From an uncultured Clostridia bacterium (GTDB lineage Bacteria; Bacillota; Clostridia; Christensenellales; Borkfalkiaceae), in the NCBI GenBank assembly GCA_934249265.1, contig CAKQKQ010000001.1:15614-79613 (forward strand): a stretch of DNA of 64,000 nt. The letters run 5' to 3'. The position numbers and the translations under genes are program-made. Below, in pieces: positions 37,133 to 47,200 of the stretch (positions within the stretch are counted from its first letter, which is position 1; the number at the start of each line of letters is the position of its first letter). A model generated the notes under the pieces. The model saw only the letters and a program-made list of their open reading frames with translations, was not told the DNA's origin and ran no database searches.

Positions 37133-37257
37133 TATTTTCAGCCTTCTTTGTGTGAGTCGAGCGAGAATTGAATAAATTAAGTTTTAATTCAAAAGTTTTC
37201 GTGCTTTTCAGCCCTCCTTGTGCAGCCGAGTGAGAATCGAATAGATTAAGTTTTAAC
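37133..37257 (+). repeat. two tandem units of about 60 nt in the esterase/GH2 intergenic region
   Basis: TTTTCAGCCTTCTTTGTGTGAGTCGAGCGAGAATTGAATAAATTAAGTTTTAA versus TTTTCAGCCCTCCTTGTGCAGCCGAGTGAGAATCGAATAGATTAAGTTTTAA. A partial inverted copy lies at 37487-37520. Confidence 0.8.
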
Positions 37258-37700
37258 GGCACTAAATTTGTAAAATATTTGTTAAACTCGCTTTTAATAC
37301 CATTCGGTATTAATACGCTCGTTTGCCTTGATTTTCCTAAATTTATTGACGTTAAAATGCGAAGCACCTTAAAGCCATATTTTTTAGATGATTTATTACA
37401 AACGCGAGCGGCGGCATACTATACGTATGACAAGTGAGCGTTTGCGATAAAGGGCAAAAAAGATGTCTTTAAGGCTTAAAGGACTCAATTTTCACTCGGC
37501 TCGGAGGGTGGCACGCAGTATGCGTGACGGAAGGATTGTAAAGGTAATTTTAATAAGAAAGCCGATTTTCGATTCAAAAAAAAGTGATTTCTATTTATGA
37601 GTGAGCGTTTGAGATAATATCAAAAATGTTTTAAGGTTTAAAATATCGATAAGTTATGCTTGGTTGACAACTCAATTATTAATAAAAGGATAAAATATAA

Positions 37701-39440
37701 ATGGCATTAAGAAACGAATATCCTCGTCCGCAAATGAGGCGCAACGAGTGGATAACATTAAACGGAAGTTGGCAGTTTTGCTTCGACGACGAGGATAAAG
37801 GATTAAAAAATAAATATTACGACGGCGATTTTGAAAACAAATTAAACATAAACGTGCCGTTCAGTTATCAATACCCCGAAAGCGGAATAGGTCAAACGGA
37901 ATATCACCCTTACATTTGGTACAAGCGCGATTTTTCGCTTACGGCAGACCAACTTAAACAAAACGTTTTGTTGTGTTTCAACGGCGTGGACTACAAGTGC
38001 GACGTTTGGGTAAACGGCATGCATGTAGGTTCGCACACGGGCGGTTTTGCTCCGTTTACGTGCGATATCACGCCCGCCGTGAAAAAGCAAAACACAATTA
38101 CTGTAAGGTGTTTCGACTCGCTCGACACTTCCGTGCCGAGGGGCAAACAAAGTTGGCTTAACCATAAATTCGGTTGCTGGTACGTACCAAACAGCGGAAT
38201 TTGGCAAAGCGTGTGGATAGAGTTTTTCAACAAAGACGCAATAAAAAATCTCACGTTTACGCCCGATATCGACACTTGCAGCGTAAGCGGCGAATTAAGC
38301 ACGCTTTACGGCAAATGCGAAACGGCAAAGTTTGTAATAACTTACAAGGGCAGTCCCGTAAAGACCCAAGAAATCACGTTAGACGGCAAAATCACTCGCT
38401 TTTGCATAAAATTAATGGAGTTAGATTTTGTTGACGAGTCGTTTTTATGGTCGCCCGAACACCCGAATCTCTTTGACGTGACCGTCGAAGTCGGTATAGG
38501 TGAGCAACGCGCGGATTTTGTGACGATGCGCTTCGGCATGCGCAAAATAAGCGTTGACGACAGCGGAAATATCTGTCTCAACAATTTAAAACTTTATCAA
38601 AGATTAATACTCGACCAAGGCTATTTCGAGCAGAGCGGACTCACTCCGCCGAGCGCGGAAAGTTTAAAGCAAGATATACTTCTTGCAAAAGCAATGGGCT
38701 TTAACGGCGCGAGAAAGCACCAAAAACTCGAAGACCCTTACTTTTATTATTACGCGGACGAACTCGGCTTTTTGACTTGGTGCGAAATGCCGTCTGCTTA
38801 TAATTTCAACAGCGAAGAGCAGACTAATTTAATCACCGAATGGCAAGAAATCGTCGGCGTTGCAAAGTATTTTACGAGCGTGATTTGTTATGTGCCTTTA
38901 AACGAAAGTTGGGGTGTGCGCAAAATTCTCGTAGATAAAGACCAACAAAACTTCGCAAGGGCAATGTATTATATCACAAAATCTCAAGACGGCAGCAGAC
39001 TCGTGTCCACAAACGACGGCTGGGAAAACCTCACCGAAACGGATATAATTTCCATACACGATTACGCTTACGACGGCAACGATTTTGAAGAGAGATACAA
39101 AAAAGACGGTCTCGACGCCTTGTACCCGTCAAACAGAAAGTTGATGAGTTACGGCAATAAATATCAAGGTCAGCCCGTGCTTTTCACCGAGTTCGGCGGC
39201 ATTGCCATGCAAACCGAAAACTGTCTCGACGGCGATTGGGGTTACAACACCAAAGCCAAGTCAAACGACGAATTTTACGCCCGCTACGGCAATTTACTTC
39301 ACGCGGTAAATAAAATGTGGTTTCAAGGTTTTTGCTATACCCAACTCACCGACGTTCAGCAAGAGATAAACGGTCTTTTAGATAAAAACCACAAGCCGAA
39401 ATTCGACGTCGAAAAAATAAAAAAATTGACGCTCGGCTAA
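37701..39440 (+). CDS. glycoside hydrolase family 2 enzyme
   Basis: GH2 sugar-binding-domain pattern LLCFNGVDYKCDVWVNGMHVGSHTGGFAPFTCDIT. FNGARKHQK, acid/base region PLNESWG, nucleophile region FTEFGG. Confidence 0.85.
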   Translation: MALRNEYPRPQMRRNEWITLNGSWQFCFDDEDKGLKNKYYDGDFENKLNINVPFSYQYPESGIGQTEYHPYIWYKRDFSLTADQLKQNVLLCFNGVDYKCDVWVNGMHVGSHTGGFAPFTCDITPAVKKQNTITVRCFDSLDTSVPRGKQSWLNHKFGCWYVPNSGIWQSVWIEFFNKDAIKNLTFTPDIDTCSVSGELSTLYGKCETAKFVITYKGSPVKTQEITLDGKITRFCIKLMELDFVDESFLWSPEHPNLFDVTVEVGIGEQRADFVTMRFGMRKISVDDSGNICLNNLKLYQRLILDQGYFEQSGLTPPSAESLKQDILLAKAMGFNGARKHQKLEDPYFYYYADELGFLTWCEMPSAYNFNSEEQTNLITEWQEIVGVAKYFTSVICYVPLNESWGVRKILVDKDQQNFARAMYYITKSQDGSRLVSTNDGWENLTETDIISIHDYAYDGNDFEERYKKDGLDALYPSNRKLMSYGNKYQGQPVLFTEFGGIAMQTENCLDGDWGYNTKAKSNDEFYARYGNLLHAVNKMWFQGFCYTQLTDVQQEINGLLDKNHKPKFDVEKIKKLTLG

Positions 39441-39469
39441 AATAAACGGCATAAATTAAACAAAACAAA

Positions 39470-39512
39470 AAAGCATTTCGACGCAAAATCAAGTTTGCTC
39501 GAAATGCTTTTT
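39470..39512 (+). terminator. bidirectional terminator between GH2 and mgtE
   Basis: AAGCATTTCGA/TCGAAATGCTT stem with a 17-nt loop, followed by TTT; A-run upstream. Confidence 0.7.
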
Positions 39513-39574
39513 AATTGTCTTTTAATTTGTTTTTAGTTAGTCTTGTTTGTTGAGTGGCTTATTAGGTTTGTGCG

Positions 39575-39604
39575 TTTTACCGCTTACGTATTGCGTAAAA
39601 ACGG
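39575..39604 (+). repeat. dyad-motif repeat, copy f
   Basis: TTTACCGCTTACGTATTGCGTAAAAACGG. Confidence 0.7.
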
Positions 39605-39696
39605 CGATTTGGCGGTGAAATTAAAAATTTACGCCACATTACAACTCAAAATTACACGCCGCATAGCGACGGGTTTACGCCGCGCCGCGTTAAAAA

Positions 39697-41112
39697 TTAC
39701 ATCAAGAAAAGCCAAGCAAAACCGTAATAAGTGATTACGCACACAAGGTCGTTTATCGTTGTGATAAGCGGACCCGAAGCCGCCGCGGGGTCGATTTTAA
39801 GTTTCTTTAAAATTAAAGGAATTATCGTGCCCGTAAGCGAAGATATAAGTATGGCGATTGCAAGCGAGCCGCCTATACAAGAGGAAACGTGAAAACTTTT
39901 CGCCACGCCGAAGTGCTTGATTACAGCCATATATCCGCCGATGATAAGCACGCTGAGTACGCCCAAAATCACGCCGTTTAACACGCCTATTAAAAATTCT
40001 TTTCTTACGTATTTAAGTTTTTCTTTAGTTGTTTCGCCGTCTTTGCTTATCATTCTTATCGCCACGGCAAGGCATTGCGTGCCTACGTTTCCGCCCATAT
40101 CGAGTATAAGCGACTGATAAAAAACGATAAAGGGCAGAGCGGTTATTACGTCTTCAAAAATTCCCGTAACCGACGAGACGAGCAAGCCCAAAAACAGCAG
40201 AGCGAGCAGCCACGGCGCGCGCTTTTTAAAACTTTTCCACAGCGGTTCTTTAAGATCTTCCGCTTCGGTAAGACCGGCAAGTTTTGCGTAGTCTTCTTGA
40301 ATTTCGTCGTCAACGGCTTCGGCAACGTCGCTACTCGTGATTACGCCGATTAGTTTTTTATTTTCGTCAAGTACGGGGATAGAATCTTCTTCGTACGTCT
40401 TTAAATCTTCAAGGCATTTATCTATGCTTTCGGTCGCATATAAAAAGGGGTAAGAAGTTGCGATAATGTCCTCGAGCGGTTGGTTCGCCCTCGCGATTAC
40501 AAGGTCGCGCAGTTGTATCGCGCCGTAATACACGTTTTTATCGTCCACCGCGTAAATGGTGCTTATGTTGTCGTTTTCTTTTGCTTGAGCAAGCACCGAA
40601 GTCATCGCGTGCTTTATGCTGTCGGTATACTCGACGTAAACGAAGTTGGTTGTCATTTTGCTGCCCACTTGGTCTTCGCTGTAAGAGGTGATAAGGTTTA
40701 TGTCCTCTTTGGCGTCTTCGTCGAGTAGTTTAATAATCTCTTGTTTTTTGTCTTCCTCGAGTTCGTCAAGCACGTCCACGGCGTCGTCCGCATCCATGTT
40801 TTCGATAATGTCCGCTACTTTTTCGGCGGGCAAAGTGTCTATAACTTCGTCGGGATTATCGAGGTAAGAAAAGATATCCGATACTTTGTTTAAGTCTAAA
40901 ATCTTTAAAAGTCGTTCTCTTTCTTCGTCGGTAAGTTTGGGTAAAACGTCCGCAATATCGCTCTCGTGATAGTCGGCTAAAATGTCCGCAATTTCCTCGT
41001 TTGAGTAAGACGTATTGCGTATAATTGACAAAAGTTCTTCGCCGTAGTTCCTTACGGAAAGAGAATTATCTTCGGTTTTTTCTGTTTTAACGTTGTTGTT
41101 TTTCTCTTCCAT
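39697..41112 (-). CDS. mgtE: magnesium transporter MgtE, paralog 2
   Basis: N-domain, tandem CBS region and TM domain with GNVGTQ pore motif. RBS GAGGT. Lies 7 nt downstream of paralog 1. Confidence 0.9.
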   Translation of the reverse strand: MEEKNNNVKTEKTEDNSLSVRNYGEELLSIIRNTSYSNEEIADILADYHESDIADVLPKLTDEERERLLKILDLNKVSDIFSYLDNPDEVIDTLPAEKVADIIENMDADDAVDVLDELEEDKKQEIIKLLDEDAKEDINLITSYSEDQVGSKMTTNFVYVEYTDSIKHAMTSVLAQAKENDNISTIYAVDDKNVYYGAIQLRDLVIARANQPLEDIIATSYPFLYATESIDKCLEDLKTYEEDSIPVLDENKKLIGVITSSDVAEAVDDEIQEDYAKLAGLTEAEDLKEPLWKSFKKRAPWLLALLFLGLLVSSVTGIFEDVITALPFIVFYQSLILDMGGNVGTQCLAVAIRMISKDGETTKEKLKYVRKEFLIGVLNGVILGVLSVLIIGGYMAVIKHFGVAKSFHVSSCIGGSLAIAILISSLTGTIIPLILKKLKIDPAAASGPLITTINDLVCVITYYGFAWLFLM

Positions 41113-41119
41113 AATTACC

Positions 41120-42526
41120 TCACATCAGCAATAAAATCGCAAGCCCGTAATAAATGCTTACGCTTGCCAAATCGACCAAAGTGGTAATAAGCGGTCCCGA
41201 AGCGACTGCGGGGTCGATATGCAGTTTATTGAAAACTATCGGCGTAATTGCGCCCGTAAATCCCGCAAACACCATCGCAACGAGCAGCGACACGCTTATG
41301 CACAACGCGGTAAGCGCGATTTCGCCCGTGCCCGAGCCTTTCAATACCAAAAGCATGTATAAAAACGAGAATATAAAAGCGGTTATCGCCGCAAAAAAGC
41401 CCGTGGTGAAAGCCACTTTTATTTCTTTGAATATAAATGCGAATTTTTGTTTTGTGGTCAATTCTTCTTCCGAAAGCACTCTTATGGTGACCGCGAGCGA
41501 CTGCGTGCCTACGTTTCCGCTCATGCCCAAAATCAAAGATTGGCAAAAAACGATAAACGGCAGGGCAGTGATTACGTGCTCGAAAAGTCCCGTCACGCTC
41601 GATACCACAAGTCCCAAAACGAGCAAAATTATTAGCCAAGGCAACCTTTTAAAAAGCGATTTAAACACGCTTTCGTCCTTGTCTTCTTCCGACGAGACCG
41701 CCGCGAATTTTGCGTAGTCTTCAGAAAGTTCTTCGTCTACTACTTGCACCACGTCGCCACTCGTGATTACGCCGATAAGCACGTTGTTGTCGTCGAGTAC
41801 GGGAATAGAGTCCTCGTCGTAGGCTTTAAGTCTTTCTATACAGTTTGAAATGTCCTCGCTTGCGTAAACGTAAGGGTAAGACTGACTTATTATGTCGTCG
41901 AGTTGTTCGGTGAGTTTCGCCGTGAAAAGGTCTTTAAGTTGAATCGCTCCGTAATACGCCCCGTTGTCTTCAATGGCGTAAATCGTGGTTATGTTGTCGT
42001 TTTCGGAGGCTTGCTTTACCACCTCTTTCATGGCGTGTTTAAGCGAAAGATTTTTGTTGACCGCCACGTAGTTGGTGGTCATTTTACTACCGATGCAGTC
42101 GTCGTCATAAGAATTGATAAGGTTTATGTCTTCTTTCGCGTCGTCGCCGAGTAGTTCTATAATTTCGTTTTTTCTGTCTTCGTCGAGTTCTTCAAGGACG
42201 TCCACGGCGTCGTCCGCGTCCATGTTTTCGATGATGTCCGCGACTTTTTCGCTCGAAAGTTCGTCGGTGTATTTTAAAACGTCGTCGCCTTCGAGGTACG
42301 AAAATACGTTAGAAACCCCTTCTTCGCCTAAAATAAGGTACAGTTTCTTTCTTTCGTCGTGAGTCAAAAGGGGTAAAACGTCCGCTATGTCGCTGTCGTG
42401 ATAATCGCTGAGTTTTTCTTTAATTTCTTCGTTTTTGTCGCTACTTCGTATAATGGAAAGCAGTTCTTCGCGATAATCTCTTTCGCTATCGACTTCGGGA
42501 GTCGTCGCTATATTTTCTTCGGGCAT
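41120..42526 (-). CDS. mgtE: magnesium transporter MgtE, paralog 1
   Basis: Same architecture (ADIIENMDADDAVDVL, GNVGTQS). RBS AAGGAGG. By eye roughly 55-60 percent identical to paralog 2. Confidence 0.9.
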   Translation of the reverse strand: MPEENIATTPEVDSERDYREELLSIIRSSDKNEEIKEKLSDYHDSDIADVLPLLTHDERKKLYLILGEEGVSNVFSYLEGDDVLKYTDELSSEKVADIIENMDADDAVDVLEELDEDRKNEIIELLGDDAKEDINLINSYDDDCIGSKMTTNYVAVNKNLSLKHAMKEVVKQASENDNITTIYAIEDNGAYYGAIQLKDLFTAKLTEQLDDIISQSYPYVYASEDISNCIERLKAYDEDSIPVLDDNNVLIGVITSGDVVQVVDEELSEDYAKFAAVSSEEDKDESVFKSLFKRLPWLIILLVLGLVVSSVTGLFEHVITALPFIVFCQSLILGMSGNVGTQSLAVTIRVLSEEELTTKQKFAFIFKEIKVAFTTGFFAAITAFIFSFLYMLLVLKGSGTGEIALTALCISVSLLVAMVFAGFTGAITPIVFNKLHIDPAVASGPLITTLVDLASVSIYYGLAILLLM

Positions 42527-42579
42527 AATTTTACCTCCTTTTTTTAAAATTTTATAGTAAACGTCTTTTTAACGTCTTT

Positions 42580-42713
42580 CCGCTTGAATTTTCAAAGCGG
42601 CTTGTTTTTGTAAGTGTGAGATTTTTGTGTGGTATGTCTCCGCTTTATTAAACGGCTTTTTGCTTTTTTAAGCGTTGGAATTTTTGTGTGTTAAGCCGCT
42701 TTTATTAAAGCGG
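42580..42713. repeat. array of three related hairpins (about 60-nt period) in the mgtE upstream region
   Basis: CCGCTTGAATTTTCAAAGCGG (42580-42600), CCGCTTTATTAAACGG (42640-42655), CCGCTTTTATTAAAGCGG (42696-42713). Units 2 and 3 are preceded by ATTTTTGTGTG. Confidence 0.75.
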
Positions 42714-42715
42714 TT

Positions 42716-43702
42716 TTATAAATAACTTACGCTTGACAAGGTGTAAACGAGGTTGCCCATGCGGTAAGGAAGCGACGATTGCATTTTAAAAAGTCTGTGG
42801 TAATAATTGTTTACGTTAGACTCGTTGGCGTACCAAAGGTAAATGGGTGCGCCGGCAAAATCGCTGTTTATCGACAAATCGAAGTGGTCGGTAATTATTT
42901 CCTTGCTTTCTCTCTGTTGTCCGTTTTCGCTGAACGTCATCGTAAGTTTTTCGTGTGGAGCGTCTTCGTTGAGTTTGCACACCATGGGCGTAATAGTTTG
43001 AGATACCGCGTCCAAAGTGTTGAAGTTAAACGAAAACGAATTGGTATTTGCGTCAAACGCGCGCAAATAGAAAAGCATTTCCTCGTTGTCAACGTAAGTC
43101 GATTTAGTGTACGACTTTGTAAATTTTTTATTGTGCGACTTAAAAGCCTTTTCGGTTTCTTTATCGTTATAAGTAAACTCCGTCGTCGCCTTGTTTGATG
43201 TGTAAGTCGTCACGTAAGAGTAGTTAAGGTGCAAAAAGTCGTAAGACGAATCGTTTGCCGTGGGCGAAACGCATATTACGCTGCGTTCCGAGCGCAAAGG
43301 TTGCAAATTGTCGCCGAGTCCTTTAAAAAACACTTTCGTGTCTATTTTATCGTCCACGTCGTAAGTGAGGGCGATCGCCTTGTATTGTCCTTGAACGGTA
43401 AGCGAAGTTTCGAGATAATAAATTTTGCCGTCAATATTTTCAAAACCGTATTCTTGCGCGTTTACGTCCTTGACTTTCACTGTGTAAGTGCCTGTAAGGT
43501 CGGCGGTGAAATCGGTTGAAGTGCCCGCCGTCGTCGTAATATCGTAAACGAGCGTTTCGTCTATGCTGCCCACTTCTTTTAAATCGACTTTATCTTTCGT
43601 GAGCCAATAAGAATGTTTTTCATAATCGGTCGTCGTCGTGCCGCAACCCGCGCACATAGCAAGCGCGGCGGCAAGCAATATACAAGAAATAGTTTTTTTC
43701 AT
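42716..43702 (-). CDS. lipoprotein of unknown function
   Basis: Lipobox MCAGC. Beta-rich, Thr/Tyr-rich sequence. No family recognised. Confidence 0.75.
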   Translation of the reverse strand: MKKTISCILLAAALAMCAGCGTTTTDYEKHSYWLTKDKVDLKEVGSIDETLVYDITTTAGTSTDFTADLTGTYTVKVKDVNAQEYGFENIDGKIYYLETSLTVQGQYKAIALTYDVDDKIDTKVFFKGLGDNLQPLRSERSVICVSPTANDSSYDFLHLNYSYVTTYTSNKATTEFTYNDKETEKAFKSHNKKFTKSYTKSTYVDNEEMLFYLRAFDANTNSFSFNFNTLDAVSQTITPMVCKLNEDAPHEKLTMTFSENGQQRESKEIITDHFDLSINSDFAGAPIYLWYANESNVNNYYHRLFKMQSSLPYRMGNLVYTLSSVSYL

Positions 43703-43942
43703 TATCGTTTTCTCCGTTATAAGGTATCAGCCGTTTTGCGGCAAAATCCCGCATAATATTTTTATTTATACAGTATAACATAGTTTTGTTAAAAAAACCA
43801 AATAAATGACCGAATATTAAAAAAATTTCGTTTTTTTATAAAAATGCAATAAAAACGTGTCAAATGTACTGTTTTTGGACAAATAATGTGTTATAATGTA
43901 TTCATTAAAGCAAAATTGCGACACAAAGCAAAAATTTTATTC

Positions 43943-44046
43943 GTTATTTTGCGGCGCAGCGACGAAAACTCTGCATTAATTTATTTGTTATTTTGAGGCG
44001 TGGCGATGAAATTTTGCGGGTAGCGACGAAAACTCCGCATTAAAAT
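43943..44046 (+). repeat. three degenerate tandem units upstream of addB
   Basis: GTTATTTTGCGGCGCAGCGACGAAAACTCTGCATTAAT / GTTATTTTGAGGCGTGGCGATGAAATTTTGCGGG / TAGCGACGAAAACTCCGCATTAAAAT. Confidence 0.7.
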
Positions 44047-44217
44047 CAAAATTTAAAAATACGGTGGCGGATAATATCGTGTAAAACCGTTTTTAAAAGT
44101 AAAAACTCAAACCGCGGCGCAAGGTAAAAAGCAAGATAAAATATGACGCATAAATGCGCGCCGAGTATAAAAAGACTATCACAAAAAAACGATTACAAAA
44201 AGCAAAAGGAAGTTGAA

Positions 44218-47200
44218 ATGAAAGTTTTTCTTGCCGACAACTACGTACAAGTAAAAGAAAAAATCGCCGACATAGCAGAGCGGCACGGCAACAACCTCGA
44301 CGACGGGTTGTTGGTTTTTTGCGAGGAAAAATTTACCATGGCGATCGAGCAAAAAATTGCCGAAAGGTGCGGCGGCGGATTTAACAACGAAGTAAGTTCG
44401 TTTAATCTTTTTTTGCGCAAAAACAGCGATAGAAAAAACGTGCTTTCAAGGCAAAGTTCCTCTGTTGTCATGAGAAAAATCATGAGCGAAAACGCCGACA
44501 AACTCTCGTGTTTCAACGCCAAAAACAAGCCCACGCTCCCCGTGACGATATACGAACTCATTGCCCAACTTAAAAGCGCGAAGGTAAAGCCGCAAGACGT
44601 AAGTTTCGCCGCAGAAAACGTAAAAGGCACGCTTAAAAGCAAACTTTTAGACGTGGCTTTAATTTTCGGTGAGTACGAAAAATATCTTTTAAACGGCGGC
44701 TATTTAGACACAAACAACAGTTTTGCCGAAATGCCCGAAATAATTTTAAAAAGCGAAAAAATAAAACGCTCCACAGTTGTTTTTGCGGGTTTTCCGTCGG
44801 TTACGGGGCAAATCGCCGACGTAATCAACGCGGTGATGCTTACCGCCAAAGAGACGATTTTCGTGCTCGTCGGCGGTGAAAACGAGGACTTATATTTAAA
44901 CGAAACTTTATCTTTCTTGCGCTCCGAAGGGCAAATTCTCGATATCGAAAAATGTAATTATTACATAAACGACACAGCAAAAGAAATAAGGGATAATTTA
45001 TTTTGCCCCACTTTAACTCCCGCGCAAAAGGGCGTTGACGGAATTAAAGCGTACGTTGCAAAAAGCCTTTCCGACGAGGTGAAACAGGCCGCTTTACGCA
45101 TAACGTATGAAGTAAAACGGTCAAATATGCGCTATCAAGACTTTACGGTGGCGGTTGGAGATTTGCCGACTTATAAACTTTTGATAAGCAAATATTTCAA
45201 AGACTACGACATTCCGTTTTATATCGACGAAAGCATAAAACTTTCTTCTCACCCGATAATTAAATTGATAGTCAATTGTTTCAACGCTTACATTTGGAAT
45301 TTCGATATGAGCAAAGTTTTGTCCGTCGTTACCGACGACTTGTTCTGTTCCGATAAAGACGTTGTGGATAAGTTTGTCGCTTACGTGATGAGATATGCCG
45401 TCACGCGTTATACCGTAAAAAACAAGTTTACCGAAGACGTCGAAGATATAGACAAAATCGAGGAGTTGAGAAGTAGATTTATAAGCATATTCGATACTTT
45501 AAAACGCCGCGACAGCGTGACAAATTACGTAAAATTTGTAAAAAGACTACTCGAAATAAGCGAAGTTGAACAAAATCTATTGGTTATTTCCGAAAAATTA
45601 AACGCCATGGGCGAACTTATAAAGCAGTCTTTCAACGAACAGTCTATAGACAAACTTCAAGCCGTTTTACTCGATTTAGACACGCTTGCGGGCGACGATT
45701 TCGTGGACGTGAAAGAGTTTTGCGAAATGCTTTTATCGGGCGCAGAAGCGTGTAGTATAAGCATTTTGCCGCAGTATGCCGACTGCGTGTACGTGGGTGA
45801 TTTTTCTTCGGCAAAATACAAGGGCGAAAAGTATTTATTCGCTCTCGGTTTAAATGCCGACGTGCCGCACGTAAAAGCCGATACTGCCGTGTTGACAGAT
45901 AACGATTTGTGTAAACTTGACAGTTTAAGCGTTGTAATCGAGCCCAAAATCAGCATTGTAAACAAGCGTGAAAGGGAGTCTGTCGGATTGACAGTCACTT
46001 CTTTTTCAAGCGGAATTTATATAAGTTATTCCATGCTCGACGCAAAAGGCAAAGCCGACGTGGCGGGCGAACTGTTTAAAGATTTGTGCAAGTTGTTTTC
46101 TGTAAAAGAAAAAAATTACACCGAAAAAGCGTTTTTTAATAGAGAGCAACTCGACGAAAACAAAAACGCCTTGCTCGATTATATTTCCCTTCGCACGGGC
46201 ACGATGAATTTCATGGCGGAGTCTTGCGCTTTTGCGAGCAAAGCGGTTGACGACAACAGACAAAGTTCGGCGTTTTACAAGGCGGTTGAAAAACTCGACC
46301 AAAGCGCGACGGTTGACCTCGATTTACGCCTTAAAGGTTTGGATATTTCCATGAGCGAGGCGACTTCGGGCAGAGCGGCGGGTTCTACCGATTTGTATTT
46401 CACGGGCGGTCAAGTCAGCGTGACCACCTTGGAAGATTATTTTTCTTGTCCTTATAAATGCTTTTTAAAACACGGTTTAAAAATTAAAGAGAGCGACGAC
46501 GGGGCTGTAAAAGTCACCGAGTTCGGCACGTTTTTGCACGCCGTGCTCGAGGAGTTTGTAAACCTTTTAAAAAAGGACACGCAGAGTATAACCGACGAAA
46601 ACTTGCGCGATATAGTGTGCGAAATTTTCGATACCGAGGCGGCTAAAGAGGACTACGCGAGATATTTAAACAAAAAACAAATTTCTTACGCTTTCGGGCT
46701 TTTAAAAGAAGAGGCGGTCAACGTTTGCCGCGAAATTTATTGTTCTTACAAAACGAGCAGTTTTATTCCGTTCGGCACTGAAGTTAGATTCGGCGACAAC
46801 GAGAGATTTCCCGCCGTTAAACTTAAAACGGGCAAAAAAGAGTACAAGGTGCGCGGCGTTGTGGACAGAGCGGACGTGTGCGGAGATTATATAAGGATCG
46901 TCGATTACAAGTCGGGCAAAATAAAAGACGTAAGGGCGAATTTCTACGACGAAAGCATGCTTTATTCGGGTAAAAAACTTCAACTTTATTTGTATATGAA
47001 CGCCTTTGTAAGCGGAACGGGCTACAAACCGGCGGGCATGTATTACTGCGCCGTCAACAATAATTATAGGGGCGAGGGCGAAACCGAGTACCGCACAAAA
47101 CTCATGGGAAAAACCTTGTTTAGCGATGACGTAGCGAGTAAAAGTGACAATTCGCTCGCTCAAGGACACGCCGTAAGCGACATTATCAACATAAAATATT

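Noticed and set aside
37110-37367. 85-aa minus-strand ORF in the esterase/GH2 spacer
   Set aside because: The peptide simply mirrors the tandem DNA repeat (LKLNLFDSHS / LKLNLFNSRS). It has no RBS.
37664-37669. TTGACA hexamer as the GH2 promoter
   Set aside because: No acceptable -10 element lies at 16-19 nt spacing, and the hexamer is only about 30 nt from the ATG, overlapping the RBS region.
39543-39734. 63-aa plus-strand ORF between GH2 and mgtE
   Set aside because: It starts at a non-ATG codon without an RBS, spans the dyad repeat and runs into the 3' end of mgtE. It is most likely noncoding.
42527-42715. M-box (Mg) riboswitch expected upstream of mgtE
   Set aside because: I could not find the conserved M-box helices or loops by eye; the region holds short AT-rich hairpin repeats instead. 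A covariance-model search is still needed to be sure.
42580-44046. Tandem repeat arrays as possible CRISPR
   Set aside because: The repeats are degenerate and few (2-3 units) with no unique spacers of regular length, and there are no cas genes in the window.
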